DNA from: a bacterium
GTDB taxonomy: Bacteria > UBA8248
Assembly (NCBI GenBank): GCA_965200245.1
Contig: CBDATS010000008.1
Span: 96,001-160,000, forward strand
Direction of reading: 5' to 3'
Length of the DNA stretch: 64,000 nucleotides
Both the position numbers and the translations under genes were made by a program. Below, one piece after another: positions 47,344-58,190 of the stretch. Positions within the stretch are counted from its first letter, which is position 1. Every line of letters starts with the position of its first letter. The notes beneath the pieces were generated by a model. It was not told where the DNA came from. It made no database searches and was given only the letters and a program-made list of their open reading frames with translations.

Positions 47344-48219
47344 TCAGCAGTTAATGGAACGCAGCAACGCATCCGCCACCGCATTGAGGGGCGTGGGGAT
47401 GCCGTGCTTGGCACCGATTCGAATGACCGCACCCGTCATGACATCTGCCTCGATGGGACGTCCGGCGCGCCTGTCGACCAGCATGGAGGTGGTCGCTTCG
47501 GGAACTGCATCTTGTAAGCGCTCGATAGTCCGTTCGGCGACGTCATCGGCCAGTTTCGCGCCTTCGGCCCTCCCCACGGCGACGCATTCGCGCACGAGCC
47601 CCCGGCAAAACTCGGCGACATCCGGATCGTGCAGCACGCCCCTGCCTTTGTTCGTGAGTGCGGTGGCGGGACCCGCGCCGACGTTATTGCACAACTTTGC
47701 CCAAGAGGCGGTCGTGAAATCGGTAGTCGGCTTTACGGGTACGTCTGTGTCCTCATAAAGAGACACGAGAAATCGCGCGCCGGGGCCGTCTTCGGGAACG
47801 AGTTGGGCGCCTCCCTGCTGCGCCACGTGGCCGGGAGCCAGTCTGCCCGCAGGACAATTCACCACTACGGGAACCACTTCCGCGCCCTTGACGTAAGGCT
47901 CCACGCGTTTTCTGTGCTCCACGCCATTCTGCAAAACAGCGATGACAGTGTTGCTCCCCACGAGTGCCTCCAGCCATGGCGCGATATCCGGCACGTGGTG
48001 CCCCTTGACCGCCAGAAGAACACATTCGACGGGTTCCGCTTCTGAGGGAGAGGTGATGCATTTGACCTTCGATTCGATGACGGAATCCTGTGTTTCCACC
48101 ACGAGCTTCTGGATGGGTCTGCGCACACAAAGCGTTACGTCATGCCTCTCCAATCGGCATAACCGGACTCCAAACACGCCGCCAATAGCACCGACTCCCA
48201 ACAAAGCCACCTTGCTCAT
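47344..48219 (-). CDS. 2-dehydropantoate 2-reductase (PanE/ApbA family)
   Basis: LGVGAIGG, LAVK, LQNG, WAKL, SMLVD...E. Confidence 0.88.
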   Translation of the reverse strand: MSKVALLGVGAIGGVFGVRLCRLERHDVTLCVRRPIQKLVVETQDSVIESKVKCITSPSEAEPVECVLLAVKGHHVPDIAPWLEALVGSNTVIAVLQNGVEHRKRVEPYVKGAEVVPVVVNCPAGRLAPGHVAQQGGAQLVPEDGPGARFLVSLYEDTDVPVKPTTDFTTASWAKLCNNVGAGPATALTNKGRGVLHDPDVAEFCRGLVRECVAVGRAEGAKLADDVAERTIERLQDAVPEATTSMLVDRRAGRPIEADVMTGAVIRIGAKHGIPTPLNAVADALLRSINC

Positions 48220-48238
48220 GAATCACTCTCCAGAAAAT

Positions 48239-49165
48239 TCATGCCAAAATACGACGACCCCTCCGCACCGCCACCGAAACCATAACGCACACGACACCGG
48301 CCAATGAGTCCCAGCCCGAGGTATGCCCTATGCCATCTAGCTCGCACAAAGCGGAACGCAAACGAGCCTCATCATTCACCCCCATCGCCGAAATCGTCTC
48401 ATGCAAGGCGTGCGCTCCCTGCCCTGCCGCCGCGCACTCCTGATGCGCGCGGCTGATTTTGTTCGTTCGCCTCTTGGCTTGCTTCAAGACAGTGCTCGAA
48501 ACTCTTTCCAAAATGTCCCAATAGCCCAGCGTGCGCAAAGCCAACATCACACCACACCAAAAATCGTCCCCGGATGGTGTGAGTCCCGGACCGAGGCCTA
48601 CCAGCCTGCAAGCGGTGGAGGGAAATCCAATGGTTTTCCCTTCATCCAGCGAATCCAAAAACCAGTGCCCGAAATCTGCCATTCCCTGCCAGGAGATTTT
48701 TTGAAATGTGCCCTCACTCGAGATTTTCTCATTTCTTATGATCTGAGTGATGAACGGTGCCAGACCCTCGCGAGGCCCCGTCTCGGCTATCCATTGTGCG
48801 AGAAACGGGAGATTCTCAAGAAAAAAATCCAGATCCCACCCACCCGGTATCTGCTCGGGTTCCCATTCCATTAGACGGGATATATCGACTGTCATCCAAG
48901 AGCCAAGCCGCATCCAACTATCCCGAATTTCAGCGGTGCTTCCCGGCTCCACGATTTGTGTGAAATCAAAGTCGCCAGTGAGTTTACAAAGTAGATTCAA
49001 GGGTCCCGGCCCGATACTTTGTGCCCCGATGCACGCGAGTCGCCCGGAGGTATTTTCCAAATACAGACCTCTGCGATACACACCGATGATTTCCGCTTCA
49101 CTGGATGAACTGAGGAATTCTTTGGCAAATGCGCCTGCAAGAACGGCTTTAGGGACAACCAGCAT
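48239..49165 (-). CDS. DUF2877 family protein (YlbF/AllH-like)
   Basis: LVGLGPGLTPSGDDF and GHTSGWD motifs. Confidence 0.82.
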   Translation of the reverse strand: MLVVPKAVLAGAFAKEFLSSSSEAEIIGVYRRGLYLENTSGRLACIGAQSIGPGPLNLLCKLTGDFDFTQIVEPGSTAEIRDSWMRLGSWMTVDISRLMEWEPEQIPGGWDLDFFLENLPFLAQWIAETGPREGLAPFITQIIRNEKISSEGTFQKISWQGMADFGHWFLDSLDEGKTIGFPSTACRLVGLGPGLTPSGDDFWCGVMLALRTLGYWDILERVSSTVLKQAKRRTNKISRAHQECAAAGQGAHALHETISAMGVNDEARLRSALCELDGIGHTSGWDSLAGVVCVMVSVAVRRGRRILA

Positions 49166-49261
49166 ATCTCTGACTCACATTACGAATCGATTATTTCCTC
49201 TGAATGACAAACCCCTCATCCGTAGTGCAGAAGACGAGAGGAATAGCCGCACAGGCTCCCA

Positions 49262-49597
49262 TCATTCACAACCGGGACCTTTAATCTCCCTCGCCACAAC
49301 GTCATGCGGCACGAGCGTTTCAAAGAAGCTTGAGTCCGCCTGTTGTTTTTCGACCAATCCGGATATCTGCGATAGCAGCATCTCGCGTTTCATCAATCCC
49401 AAGCGGTATATGCCTATCGGGTTGATGAGTTTCATATAATAATGGTTTCCGGCATCGTACTCGGTGGAACAGGCAGAGGGTTTTTGAGCGATAGAGAGGG
49501 GCTCGCCAAAAACCGCTGCGAATCGAGCCATTACTTCCTCTGCATGTAAATCCTCGGGTATTTCCGGAAATCTGGCGATTAGTTCCTGCACGTCCAT
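49262..49597 (-). CDS. Hypothetical protein
   Basis: 111 aa ORF with GGAGG ribosome-binding site; fills the gap co-directionally; no family recognised. Confidence 0.7.
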   Translation of the reverse strand: MDVQELIARFPEIPEDLHAEEVMARFAAVFGEPLSIAQKPSACSTEYDAGNHYYMKLINPIGIYRLGLMKREMLLSQISGLVEKQQADSSFFETLVPHDVVAREIKGPGCE

Positions 49598-49653
49598 TGA
49601 AAACCTCCCTCATCGGTGGCCCACTACGTTGAGTCTACCAAACATCGAGTTGC

Positions 49654-50040
49654 TTATCCGCCTTCATCCATTTCCTTGAGTGCTTCTTTCAAGGAAGAAC
49701 AACCGGCAATCAGAATCATCATCCCGCAAGGAGCCAGAATCGACTCAAACGCCTCCAGGCATTGCTGCGCTGTGGCGCCCAATTTCATCGCGCGTTTGAG
49801 GTGTAGCTTGATTTGGTGATGTGCAGAAGGGTCTCGCACGGCGATGGCAACGGAAATAAAGAGTTCCCTCATGAATTCAGGCATCTCTTCCTTCTTGCCC
49901 ATCACATGATTCTTCATCTGCTCATAATGTTCGATGAGTTCAGGATCCATCTCGCACAACAACTCGAACGCGGGAAAAACAAAACCGCGCTTTTGCAACA
50001 TTTCATCGAACAGCTTTTGCCCTTTTGGGCTCATCGCCAT
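49654..50040 (-). CDS. Carboxymuconolactone decarboxylase / AhpD-like protein
   Basis: RELFISVAIA...HLKRAMKLGAT pattern; no CxxC. Confidence 0.8.
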   Translation of the reverse strand: MAMSPKGQKLFDEMLQKRGFVFPAFELLCEMDPELIEHYEQMKNHVMGKKEEMPEFMRELFISVAIAVRDPSAHHQIKLHLKRAMKLGATAQQCLEAFESILAPCGMMILIAGCSSLKEALKEMDEGG

Positions 50041-50136
50041 GGGATAACCTCCCGGATGAAATTCATCTGATCCGGAAAACATCGGACGTCATTTCCTCAA
50101 GCTTCGATGCGGATGAACCGTGTGAAAAAAACTGCA

Positions 50137-52109
50137 TCATACTTCTCGTATGAATCGAGCGGCGTAGCTTCTTATATTTTTCCCGTTTAGAACATGGAAC
50201 CGACGGATGCGGGCGATGGTCTCCCCAGAAAATCGACCAATGGGAATGTGAACCAATTGTTTGTTGTGCAGCCGCGCAATCTGTCGCCAGCGCGAATTGG
50301 GCGGTTTAGGGCTCACCAGTGCGATGAACCGCTCTCTCGAATGAAAACACGCTCCTGCGATCAGTCGCTCCTCCAGTGTCCGCGTATAGCGAAAGCGCGA
50401 GTCCTGCCAGACATCCTCGATATTTCGAGGAGGAAAAACAAAGAACGCCCCGCCATATTGTGATTCCGCGATGGCAGGACCCACCAGATTGTTCTCGAAC
50501 GGGGTCGCATACATGCAGAGCGTCGATTCCTGATCGTGTTCAGCGTACCACATCGTACGCCAAGCGTACTTCTCGGTATCGGCAGGCGTATCGAACAAAA
50601 AGATGACGACTTCCAGATTTCCTCGAGCAGGAGGGATCTCTTTAATATAGAGGTCGCCCGTATGCCAGTTGCGAAGTGTTTCCCTGATATCGAGCCCGTC
50701 CTTTATCGATGTCGTGAATTTTTCGGTGCGAGCCAAGTCTTCTCCCAATAGCACCTTGGCCTGTTCACGCACGTGGGTATGAAAGCTCTCTATGGTGTCA
50801 TCTTCCGGCGGCCAGGAGCACATCCCGAAGGGATTCCACCTCTGGGCCCATTCGCGTCGCTCAAACGGCGTGGGTTTCGGTTTGAGGGAAATGCTCCTCC
50901 AAACGACGGAAGAACTACCAAGGCGGTTCTTGAATGTTCCGACGTCTCCATCGGGAAATACGGCACGTTCCACACCTACGTGCACAAAATTATTTTCACC
51001 GCTCTCGGGGGTTTCACGCTGATAGGGATATTTCCGTGCAACTTCCAATAGCGACAAGGCGAAAGCATCACCAGCGGTTTGCTTGGCAGCTAGGACGAGA
51101 GTAAATAAATCCGGCTTTAACCTCCTTCCCTGGAGTGTCAAATTCCGGGCATATTGCAAGAATGTCTGGAGTCGTTGAGGCGTCACCCAGTTTTGCACGG
51201 GCCGATGTTCTCTCAACCACAACACTCTTGACTCCAGGAGGAGTTCCTTGACGCCGTCGATGGAAAGATTGGAGTCGCCCAGGAATTCTTCGCGTTTTTT
51301 TCGTATAAATACGTCAAATAGGGAAACTCGCCCAAGAGAAAAGCCAGGGTATCTTCCGATATCCCATACCTTGTGGGTGAGTTGAGAGAAGCGCCCGAAT
51401 GGATTTCGAATAATTTTTTGTCACCGGATGCTCCTTCCAGGTACTCGGAACGAATCCAGGGCCAATCCATCGCGGAACATATGAAGACGATACGCTTGTA
51501 TCGTGTTTCGAGTTCCAACAGGGAATCGGCCATCCACCGAATTCTCGCGGCGCGCTGCGACGAAGCAGAAGGCTTGGGAGCTGCTGTCAAAAGAGATGCG
51601 ACGAAAGCTTCAAAAGGCACCTTTTTCAGGGCATAGGGATCCGGCAGCGTATGGGTATCCGGCTGAAAACGTTCTACTTCCAAATCAATAAAGGTTCTGG
51701 GGATACGTTCCCCCATCGCTACTCGAAGAGCGGAAATCACGGGTTGACAGGGATCGATGGGCACATAGTTATAAGAAGACAGATTTGTTTCATCCGTCGA
51801 AGGCGAATCTTCAGCGTCCAGACCATTTTCGGAGCGTTGCCCCTGCTCCCACATCTCACCAAACAGCGTTTCATCTGCCCTCAGATATGGCGGTGCATCT
51901 TCATTCACCGACACCATGGAAACATACGGGAGCATATCTACACCTGCTTCTACCTCATCCTGAAAAGACGGCGGTAATGGAATCGCAACACAATCGGGTT
52001 CAATTCCCAGAATCCTGTCGCGCACCTGGACGGCGAAATCTCCCGATCCGTGGATGACGGGCAGAACGCTGATCCGATCGGAGATGTTCAGGAAATCTTT
52101 TTTACCCAT
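50137..52109 (-). CDS. Conserved-looking hypothetical protein (about 657 aa if joined), split by a -1 frameshift
   Basis: ORFs 51213..52109 and 50137..51225 join if one A is added to the A7 run at 51295-51301: ...YLYEKKREEFLGDSNLSIDGVKELLLESRVLWLRE... Confidence 0.75.
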
Positions 52110-52112
52110 GAA

Positions 52113-53081
52113 TCAATCGTCTCGATCCGGGTGCAAGGGGCTATCACCCCCAAAGAAAATATCGCCGAAATCAAGCGGCGGAGGTTCGTCGCGGAGGGCT
52201 TGCCGTCTTTTTTGCGACAGGCCTTTCAGGTCCAAGGCGTCATCTCCCAAAACCTTGGCGAGCGCCTCTCGCCACGCTTCGTCTCGAGAGAGTGGATGAT
52301 CCGGATCCTGCGCGAGACGTTTGAGGGCAAATTGCAGTATGTGTATCCCGTCCCGAGGAGAATATTCTAAGTCCAGTTCATGGGCTTCCTGCAAGAACTC
52401 GACAGTCAGGGCCAGCATCTCGTTGGGAGCGAACGGCAAGTGATACTTCAGGATGGCCATTTCATCTTTCTTGTTCGGAAATTCAAGCCCCAGAGTGGGC
52501 TGGAGTCTTGAGAGAATGTAATCGGGCACCTCGTATGTGGAGGCATCTTCATTCATCGTCACGCAACAGTGGAAATCCGGGTGCGCCTTGATCGTGACAC
52601 CGGCCACGATGGATTCCACATAACGACGATGATCAAGCAACGGCGCCAGAGATGCCCAACTCTTCTCATTCATCCGGTTACCTTCATCCAGCACACAGAC
52701 GCCTCCCATGATCATGGCCGTGACCAGGGGGGATGCGTGATAGGCGATTTTCCCCGATTCAGCCAGGACGGGTGTGATCAAGAGGTCTTCCGGGCGCGTA
52801 TCGGAGGTGCACTGAAAAATGAACAATTCCTGTTTTCTCTCCCGCGCTGCCGCCATGGCCAATGTTGTTTTCCCGATGCCGGGGGGGCCGACAATTCTCG
52901 GAGAAAGAGATAAATCTTCCTCCGCTACGAGCATCCAGCAGGCCAGAAGCTGGCGCAGTACATCTGTCTGGCCGATCCACTCCTGATCGGAATCGGTGTG
53001 CCCGCTCAGGTGCAGGGACACCCCTTCGATTTCAACTGTTCTGAGTCTCGATTCTCCGTTTTCTGATATTCGATTTTGCAA
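52113..53081 (-). CDS. MoxR-type AAA+ ATPase
   Basis: GPPGIGKT Walker A, CVLDEGNR Walker B, TMN sensor, SRL Arg finger, YSPRD sensor II. Confidence 0.88.
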   Translation of the reverse strand: MQNRISENGESRLRTVEIEGVSLHLSGHTDSDQEWIGQTDVLRQLLACWMLVAEEDLSLSPRIVGPPGIGKTTLAMAAARERKQELFIFQCTSDTRPEDLLITPVLAESGKIAYHASPLVTAMIMGGVCVLDEGNRMNEKSWASLAPLLDHRRYVESIVAGVTIKAHPDFHCCVTMNEDASTYEVPDYILSRLQPTLGLEFPNKKDEMAILKYHLPFAPNEMLALTVEFLQEAHELDLEYSPRDGIHILQFALKRLAQDPDHPLSRDEAWREALAKVLGDDALDLKGLSQKRRQALRDEPPPLDFGDIFFGGDSPLHPDRDD

Positions 53082-53153
53082 AATAGACTCCTGTTTCCAG
53101 AACCTGCTTCAAAAGGCATAGACATCTCGCACCAGTGTCCGGAATGCGAATTC

Positions 53154-53900
53154 CTAATCCGTAAAATATCCCCCGTTCACATCAAGAGCTTCTCCGTTGA
53201 TATGCGCTGCTTCTTCGCTTGCGAGAAACAAAGTGGCCGGCACCAACTCCAGGGCTTTTGCAAACCTTCCCATCGGGTGTTTCGCCAACGCCTTGTTGTA
53301 CAACTCTTCTCCAAATTCTCGCATCAATGGTCCATCAATCGGCCCGGGAACAAGGCAGTTCACAGTCACTCTGGTTTTCGCAAGCTCACGAGCAAGGTTG
53401 AACGTCATGGCCAAAACTCCACCCTTTGAAGCGTCATACGTGGGATTTTGGCCCAGTCCCCCTGATTTCCCGGCCCCGGAGCCAAACAGGATGATCCGTC
53501 CCGACGGGGAATCCATAAGCGCCGGCATCGCGCCTTGAATACAAAAATAAGGTGCCAGAAGATCCACGTTCAGTGCGCGCCACCAATCGGATTCATCAAG
53601 CGAGAGTGGGTCTTGCACCAGCATGTCCGCCGCCGTGTGCACCAGGATGTCACATCCACCCAGCCATGCGATTGCTTCTTGGAGCATGGCTTTCACTTCA
53701 GCGAAATTCTCGAAGTCGCAGGGCAATTTTTTCAACATCGCCTCGGAACCTTCGATGAGACGCAGATTCTCCGGACTCCGCCCCGTAGCGGCGAGCTTTG
53801 CACCCGAATCCAGAAATCCCCGAACGAGTGCTTTGCCCACGTCCCCCGTGGCGCCGGTCAGGAGCACTTTTTTGCCGTGAAAATCAAAGCGAAGCGTCAT
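53154..53900 (-). CDS. Short-chain dehydrogenase/reductase (FabG-like)
   Basis: TGATGDVG, YDASK, VNCLVPG, FLAS...INGEALDVNGG. Confidence 0.9.
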   Translation of the reverse strand: MTLRFDFHGKKVLLTGATGDVGKALVRGFLDSGAKLAATGRSPENLRLIEGSEAMLKKLPCDFENFAEVKAMLQEAIAWLGGCDILVHTAADMLVQDPLSLDESDWWRALNVDLLAPYFCIQGAMPALMDSPSGRIILFGSGAGKSGGLGQNPTYDASKGGVLAMTFNLARELAKTRVTVNCLVPGPIDGPLMREFGEELYNKALAKHPMGRFAKALELVPATLFLASEEAAHINGEALDVNGGYFTD

Positions 53901-54055
53901 CTCGATTGCCTCAAAAACCGGCGCACAACTTTCAGCCGGTCCCCCTCTCCTGATATATATCGAATAAGATACAATATCGGCTACAAGATAGTATTCTTGA
54001 TGGGGAATCATCTTCAAGTCGCCTGAAATACGACAGGAACACCGTGAGAGCGTCC

Positions 54056-55321
54056 ATGAATCTCTTCGATGAACTGAAACGTCGCGGTTTGGTACACGAT
54101 CACACGGACCGGGAAGAGATGACGAGTGCATTGGGAAAAGGTGGCGTCAGCCTTTACAGCGGCTTTGATCCCACATCCGACAGCTTGCACATTGGAAGTC
54201 TGATCCCAATCGTGGGACTCATGCGCTTTCAACGCGCGGGTCACCGTCCCATTGCGGTCATCGGTGGCGGAACCGGTATGATTGGAGACCCGTCGGGAAA
54301 ATCGGAAGAGAGAAACCTCCTGGATGCAGAAGTTCTGGAACACAACCTCAAGGGAATCAGGGTTCAACTCGAAAAATTCCTTGATTTCGATGCGGGTTCA
54401 AATTCCGCACTTTTGGTGAACAACGCGGAGTGGCTGAGCGAGGTCCGCCTCATCGATTTTTTTCGAGATGTTGGCAAACATTTTTCCATCGGCTACATGA
54501 TGGCGAAAGAATCGGTGAAAACACGCATCGCCGATGCAGGGATTTCATACACGGAATTCAGCTACATGGCGCTTCAGGCGTTTGATTTTCTTCAACTGTA
54601 TGAAAAAGAGAATTGCGCTTTACAGATTGGCGGTTCCGATCAGTGGGGCAACATCACGGCGGGTATTGAGCTTATCCGGCGCGTTCATGGAAAGCCCGCA
54701 TACGGCATGACCTTCCCGCTCATCACGACTTCCGACGGCAGAAAATTCGGCAAAACGGAAAAAGGAAATATCTGGCTGGATCCGAAGCGAACCAGCCCAT
54801 ACCGATTCTCGCAGTACTGGATTCAGACGGACGACAGGGACGTCGGCAGGTTTCTAAGGTATTTTACCTTTCTGCCACTTGACGAGATTGATGAAATCGA
54901 GAAAGAACACCTCGAATCTCCGGAGAAGCGAGCAGGACAACGCCGCCTCTCGAGGGAATTAACGACACTCGTACACGGTGCCGCCGCGGCACGAAGCGCA
55001 GAGCGCGCCGCCGAAATTCTTTTTGGCGCTCAATTGGATGGCATCGAAAAGACCGATTTGCTCTCGGCGGCGGAGGAGATGCCGAAAACCCTGCAATCGG
55101 GAGCGCCCCCGTATCCACTCATAGATATCTTGCTGGAAACCGGCCTTTCCAAGTCCAAATCCCTGGCACGGAAAGAACTAAGAGGCGGAGGAATCTACGT
55201 GAACAATTGCCGTATCACGGATGAGACAAGCGCATTGTCTGCTGACGATATATTATTCGGCCAGTACATCCTGCTACGAAAAGGGAAAAAGAACTATCAT
55301 CTGCTGGAATTGAAAAGGTAA
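54056..55321 (+). CDS. tyrS: Tyrosine--tRNA ligase
   Basis: GFDPTSDSLHIGS, GGSDQWGNI, KFGKT, C-terminal S4-like domain. Confidence 0.97.
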   Translation: MNLFDELKRRGLVHDHTDREEMTSALGKGGVSLYSGFDPTSDSLHIGSLIPIVGLMRFQRAGHRPIAVIGGGTGMIGDPSGKSEERNLLDAEVLEHNLKGIRVQLEKFLDFDAGSNSALLVNNAEWLSEVRLIDFFRDVGKHFSIGYMMAKESVKTRIADAGISYTEFSYMALQAFDFLQLYEKENCALQIGGSDQWGNITAGIELIRRVHGKPAYGMTFPLITTSDGRKFGKTEKGNIWLDPKRTSPYRFSQYWIQTDDRDVGRFLRYFTFLPLDEIDEIEKEHLESPEKRAGQRRLSRELTTLVHGAAAARSAERAAEILFGAQLDGIEKTDLLSAAEEMPKTLQSGAPPYPLIDILLETGLSKSKSLARKELRGGGIYVNNCRITDETSALSADDILFGQYILLRKGKKNYHLLELKR

Positions 55322-55464
55322 ACGATTATGGAAATCATTGGTTGTCTCGTTTCGTCATATATGAGTGAGTAATTCTTCTTGCTAAGTCCAAGACATTTAC
55401 AGATGGTGAAAATGCTCTTGCATATCTGCCGGCGTTTCGGCTCTGTCGTAACAACCCCCCAATC

Positions 55465-56739
55465 ATGAACGAACGAACAAGCGCCCAAATCGCATACCAT
55501 GAACTACCGCCTGAGTTTCACCGGTGGAAATGGCGTGTTCTCATCGCCTTTTGCGTATTCTATGCCTTCAATTACCTGGGCAGATTCAACTTCAGTCTTG
55601 TGCAATACGCGGTCATCCAGGATCTGGGCATCACTCGAGTCGATACCGGGTGGATCAATTCATGGATGTTTTGGGGTTTTGCTTTCGGTGATCTTGTCTT
55701 CGGCAGGATTGCGGAAAAAATAGGCTACAAGAACACCATTCTATTCGCCGCCATCACTACCTCCCTGTTCAATTTTATTGCGAGTTTTGGAAACTCCATC
55801 ACTACACTCGCCATACCTTGGGCGGTGGTCGGTTTTGTGAACGCGGCTACATGGGGGCCAGGACTCGGGCTGGTGGCACAATGGTGGCCAAGACGTGAAC
55901 GGGGCCAGGCGATCGGACTCGTGGGAACAGCCGCCGGTATCGCGCTCCTCATCGTTTGGGCCGTAGTTCCCTGGACGGCAGCACATTATGGCTGGAGAAC
56001 AGCGATCCGCTACCCTCCTATGATCATTGCCGTTTTGGGAATCATTTTTTATTTCATCGCCAAGGATCGTCCTTCTGAACTGAATCTCCCGGAATACAGG
56101 GAATCGGACGAAGTGTCCCGCGAAGCAGAAGCGGCGGGCAGTGAGAGTGAACATGGACTGAAGGCGTATTTTCACTTGATGACCAATCTGCGCTTCTTTT
56201 TGGCGTGCCACGTAAAAGGACTGGACAATGTGGTTCGCTACGGTGTCGTCTCTTGGGCACCCTTGTATTACGCTCAGGTCGGCGGGTTCGATCTGAAAGA
56301 AATGGGTTTGCTGACCTTCGCCTACCCATTGGGGTATCTATTCGGACCCATCTTCGGCGGAATCATTTCCGATCGATTCTTCAAGAGCAATCGTTCCATC
56401 GTTATCATTCTCGCGGCCTTTCTGAGCGCAGCCGCGATGATGGGAATCGCCTACGCACCTGCAGATAACATCCCACTTGCCATCATTTTACTCATTGTCG
56501 GTGGATTTTGCGTCAACATGTCCACCGTGCAGGCGCTAGGGGTAGATCTGGCCGGCAGACGGCTCGCCGGAACGGCGGCAGGTGTGTTGGATGCTCATGG
56601 ATACATTTATGGTGCCCTTCAAGCCATTTTCTTTGGATGGCTGTCTCTGGCGGTTTCAAACGGCTGGTTCTGGGTGTTCACGGCCATGGCGGGTAGTCGG
56701 CTTATTGCGGTGTTGCTCGTCTGGAGGGTGCGGGCATAA
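55465..56739 (+). CDS. MFS transporter, organophosphate:Pi antiporter (GlpT/UhpC-like)
   Basis: About 12 TM segments; YLGRFNFS, WWPRRERG, VVRYGVVSWAP echo GlpT motifs. Confidence 0.82.
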   Translation: MNERTSAQIAYHELPPEFHRWKWRVLIAFCVFYAFNYLGRFNFSLVQYAVIQDLGITRVDTGWINSWMFWGFAFGDLVFGRIAEKIGYKNTILFAAITTSLFNFIASFGNSITTLAIPWAVVGFVNAATWGPGLGLVAQWWPRRERGQAIGLVGTAAGIALLIVWAVVPWTAAHYGWRTAIRYPPMIIAVLGIIFYFIAKDRPSELNLPEYRESDEVSREAEAAGSESEHGLKAYFHLMTNLRFFLACHVKGLDNVVRYGVVSWAPLYYAQVGGFDLKEMGLLTFAYPLGYLFGPIFGGIISDRFFKSNRSIVIILAAFLSAAAMMGIAYAPADNIPLAIILLIVGGFCVNMSTVQALGVDLAGRRLAGTAAGVLDAHGYIYGALQAIFFGWLSLAVSNGWFWVFTAMAGSRLIAVLLVWRVRA

Positions 56740-56753
56740 GCGAGTGAACTACC

Positions 56754-58190
56754 TCAGGAAAGTCGAGAAGGCCGCGTTCTTGAGCTTGACCACCCTTCAC
56801 CGTTTTCTCCTCTTATGCCTCTGAGTATTGCCAGGCGAATTCTGCCCTCATCACTTCCGAATTTTGCTTCGAAAAAGGAAAGGAGGCGCCGTATCCAAAT
56901 CTCACGATGTTCTTGTGGCATCACCAAATGCAAAGATTTTCCGAAACGCCAATCCTTGTCTGCCCCCCGGACGATGACGTCGAGTCGAACATCATCCTGT
57001 TCCGCCATATAGAGTGCTGCCAACAGGTCTCGCCCACTCTCCAGATCGAAAGGAAATGATTTTTCCGTTCCATCTCCAAATCGAATGCTCAAGTCCAGCG
57101 GGGTCGAATCCGTCTGTCCCGGCGCTTTGATAACAACCGAAAGAAGATCAGAAGAAGCAGATGCATCGACGCCAGCCACGATATAAGTCCTGCCACCCAC
57201 AGTAAACCTCGATGAAGAGAGGATATCGCTATCCTGATGTTGGTTGCTCAAAAAATATTTCATCCAATCAGGCAATCTCTCCCGGCCAGGGTAAGCTGTG
57301 GGCGTTTCGCCTTCATCCAGCAACTGAAGCCTGTTCGCCCATGCAAGCAAAGAAATGAAAAGTGGCGGCGCGGGGCGCAGGATTTCCGACTCCCAGGGTG
57401 TAATACCGCTCATTACGCCGTCGAGACTTCTCATCAAGCCAGCCTGCATATTTGCCCATACCGTAATTCGCTCGTTATCCTCTCCGGCTTGAATCGAAGT
57501 TCTCAACACCTCAATCGCCGCCAACCGACGAACCGGTTCGGATAAATGGTGATTTTGCTCCAGTTCTGGATATTTTTTCCGGGTTTCGGCGACATGTTCA
57601 GTCAAGCCATTTTCTTCAAGCCATGAATCCAGATTTACCGACAGGGAAATCAATCCCATATCCGGATCGCAGGATCGTCTCCAAAGGCCTCGGGCGCCTT
57701 CTAGCGTAGCGCTCACAGCCAGTTCCGTCTGAATCTCCCAAACATCGGAAAGTTCTTTTCGTACGGCGTCTTCGTCTATCCCTTTATCAAGCATGACCGC
57801 GATACGCTGGAGCAATAGGCTGAAAAACGCCGATTGTGCCTTCGCCATGGAGGACAATTTCCCGGGTCGCGATGTCAAGGAAGTCAGAATCAGATATAAG
57901 GGGCCAACCGCCGGTCTTGTTTCCCGGGCGCCAAAAAGCGCCGAGAGCTTCTCCATACGCTGAAGCACAACCCCGAATTCCTCGCCAGCCAATAACTTCA
58001 AATGAATGAAGGAGAGCGGAAGAACCTGCTCGGGCAAAACAGGTTCCGCCTGGGAAGAAAAAAGTATTTGGGTGACATTTTGTCTGATTTGCTGGCTCAC
58101 ATCACCGAAATTCTCACGCAGGTATTTCTCGCAAGACGACTCCCACCACTCATGAAACAATCTTTGCCGCGTGGTCGTGGACACTCTCAT
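56754..58190 (-). CDS. Hypothetical protein
   Basis: 478 aa open frame; start overlaps the upstream stop (ATGA); no family recognised. Confidence 0.7.
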   Translation of the reverse strand: MRVSTTTRQRLFHEWWESSCEKYLRENFGDVSQQIRQNVTQILFSSQAEPVLPEQVLPLSFIHLKLLAGEEFGVVLQRMEKLSALFGARETRPAVGPLYLILTSLTSRPGKLSSMAKAQSAFFSLLLQRIAVMLDKGIDEDAVRKELSDVWEIQTELAVSATLEGARGLWRRSCDPDMGLISLSVNLDSWLEENGLTEHVAETRKKYPELEQNHHLSEPVRRLAAIEVLRTSIQAGEDNERITVWANMQAGLMRSLDGVMSGITPWESEILRPAPPLFISLLAWANRLQLLDEGETPTAYPGRERLPDWMKYFLSNQHQDSDILSSSRFTVGGRTYIVAGVDASASSDLLSVVIKAPGQTDSTPLDLSIRFGDGTEKSFPFDLESGRDLLAALYMAEQDDVRLDVIVRGADKDWRFGKSLHLVMPQEHREIWIRRLLSFFEAKFGSDEGRIRLAILRGIRGENGEGWSSSRTRPSRLS

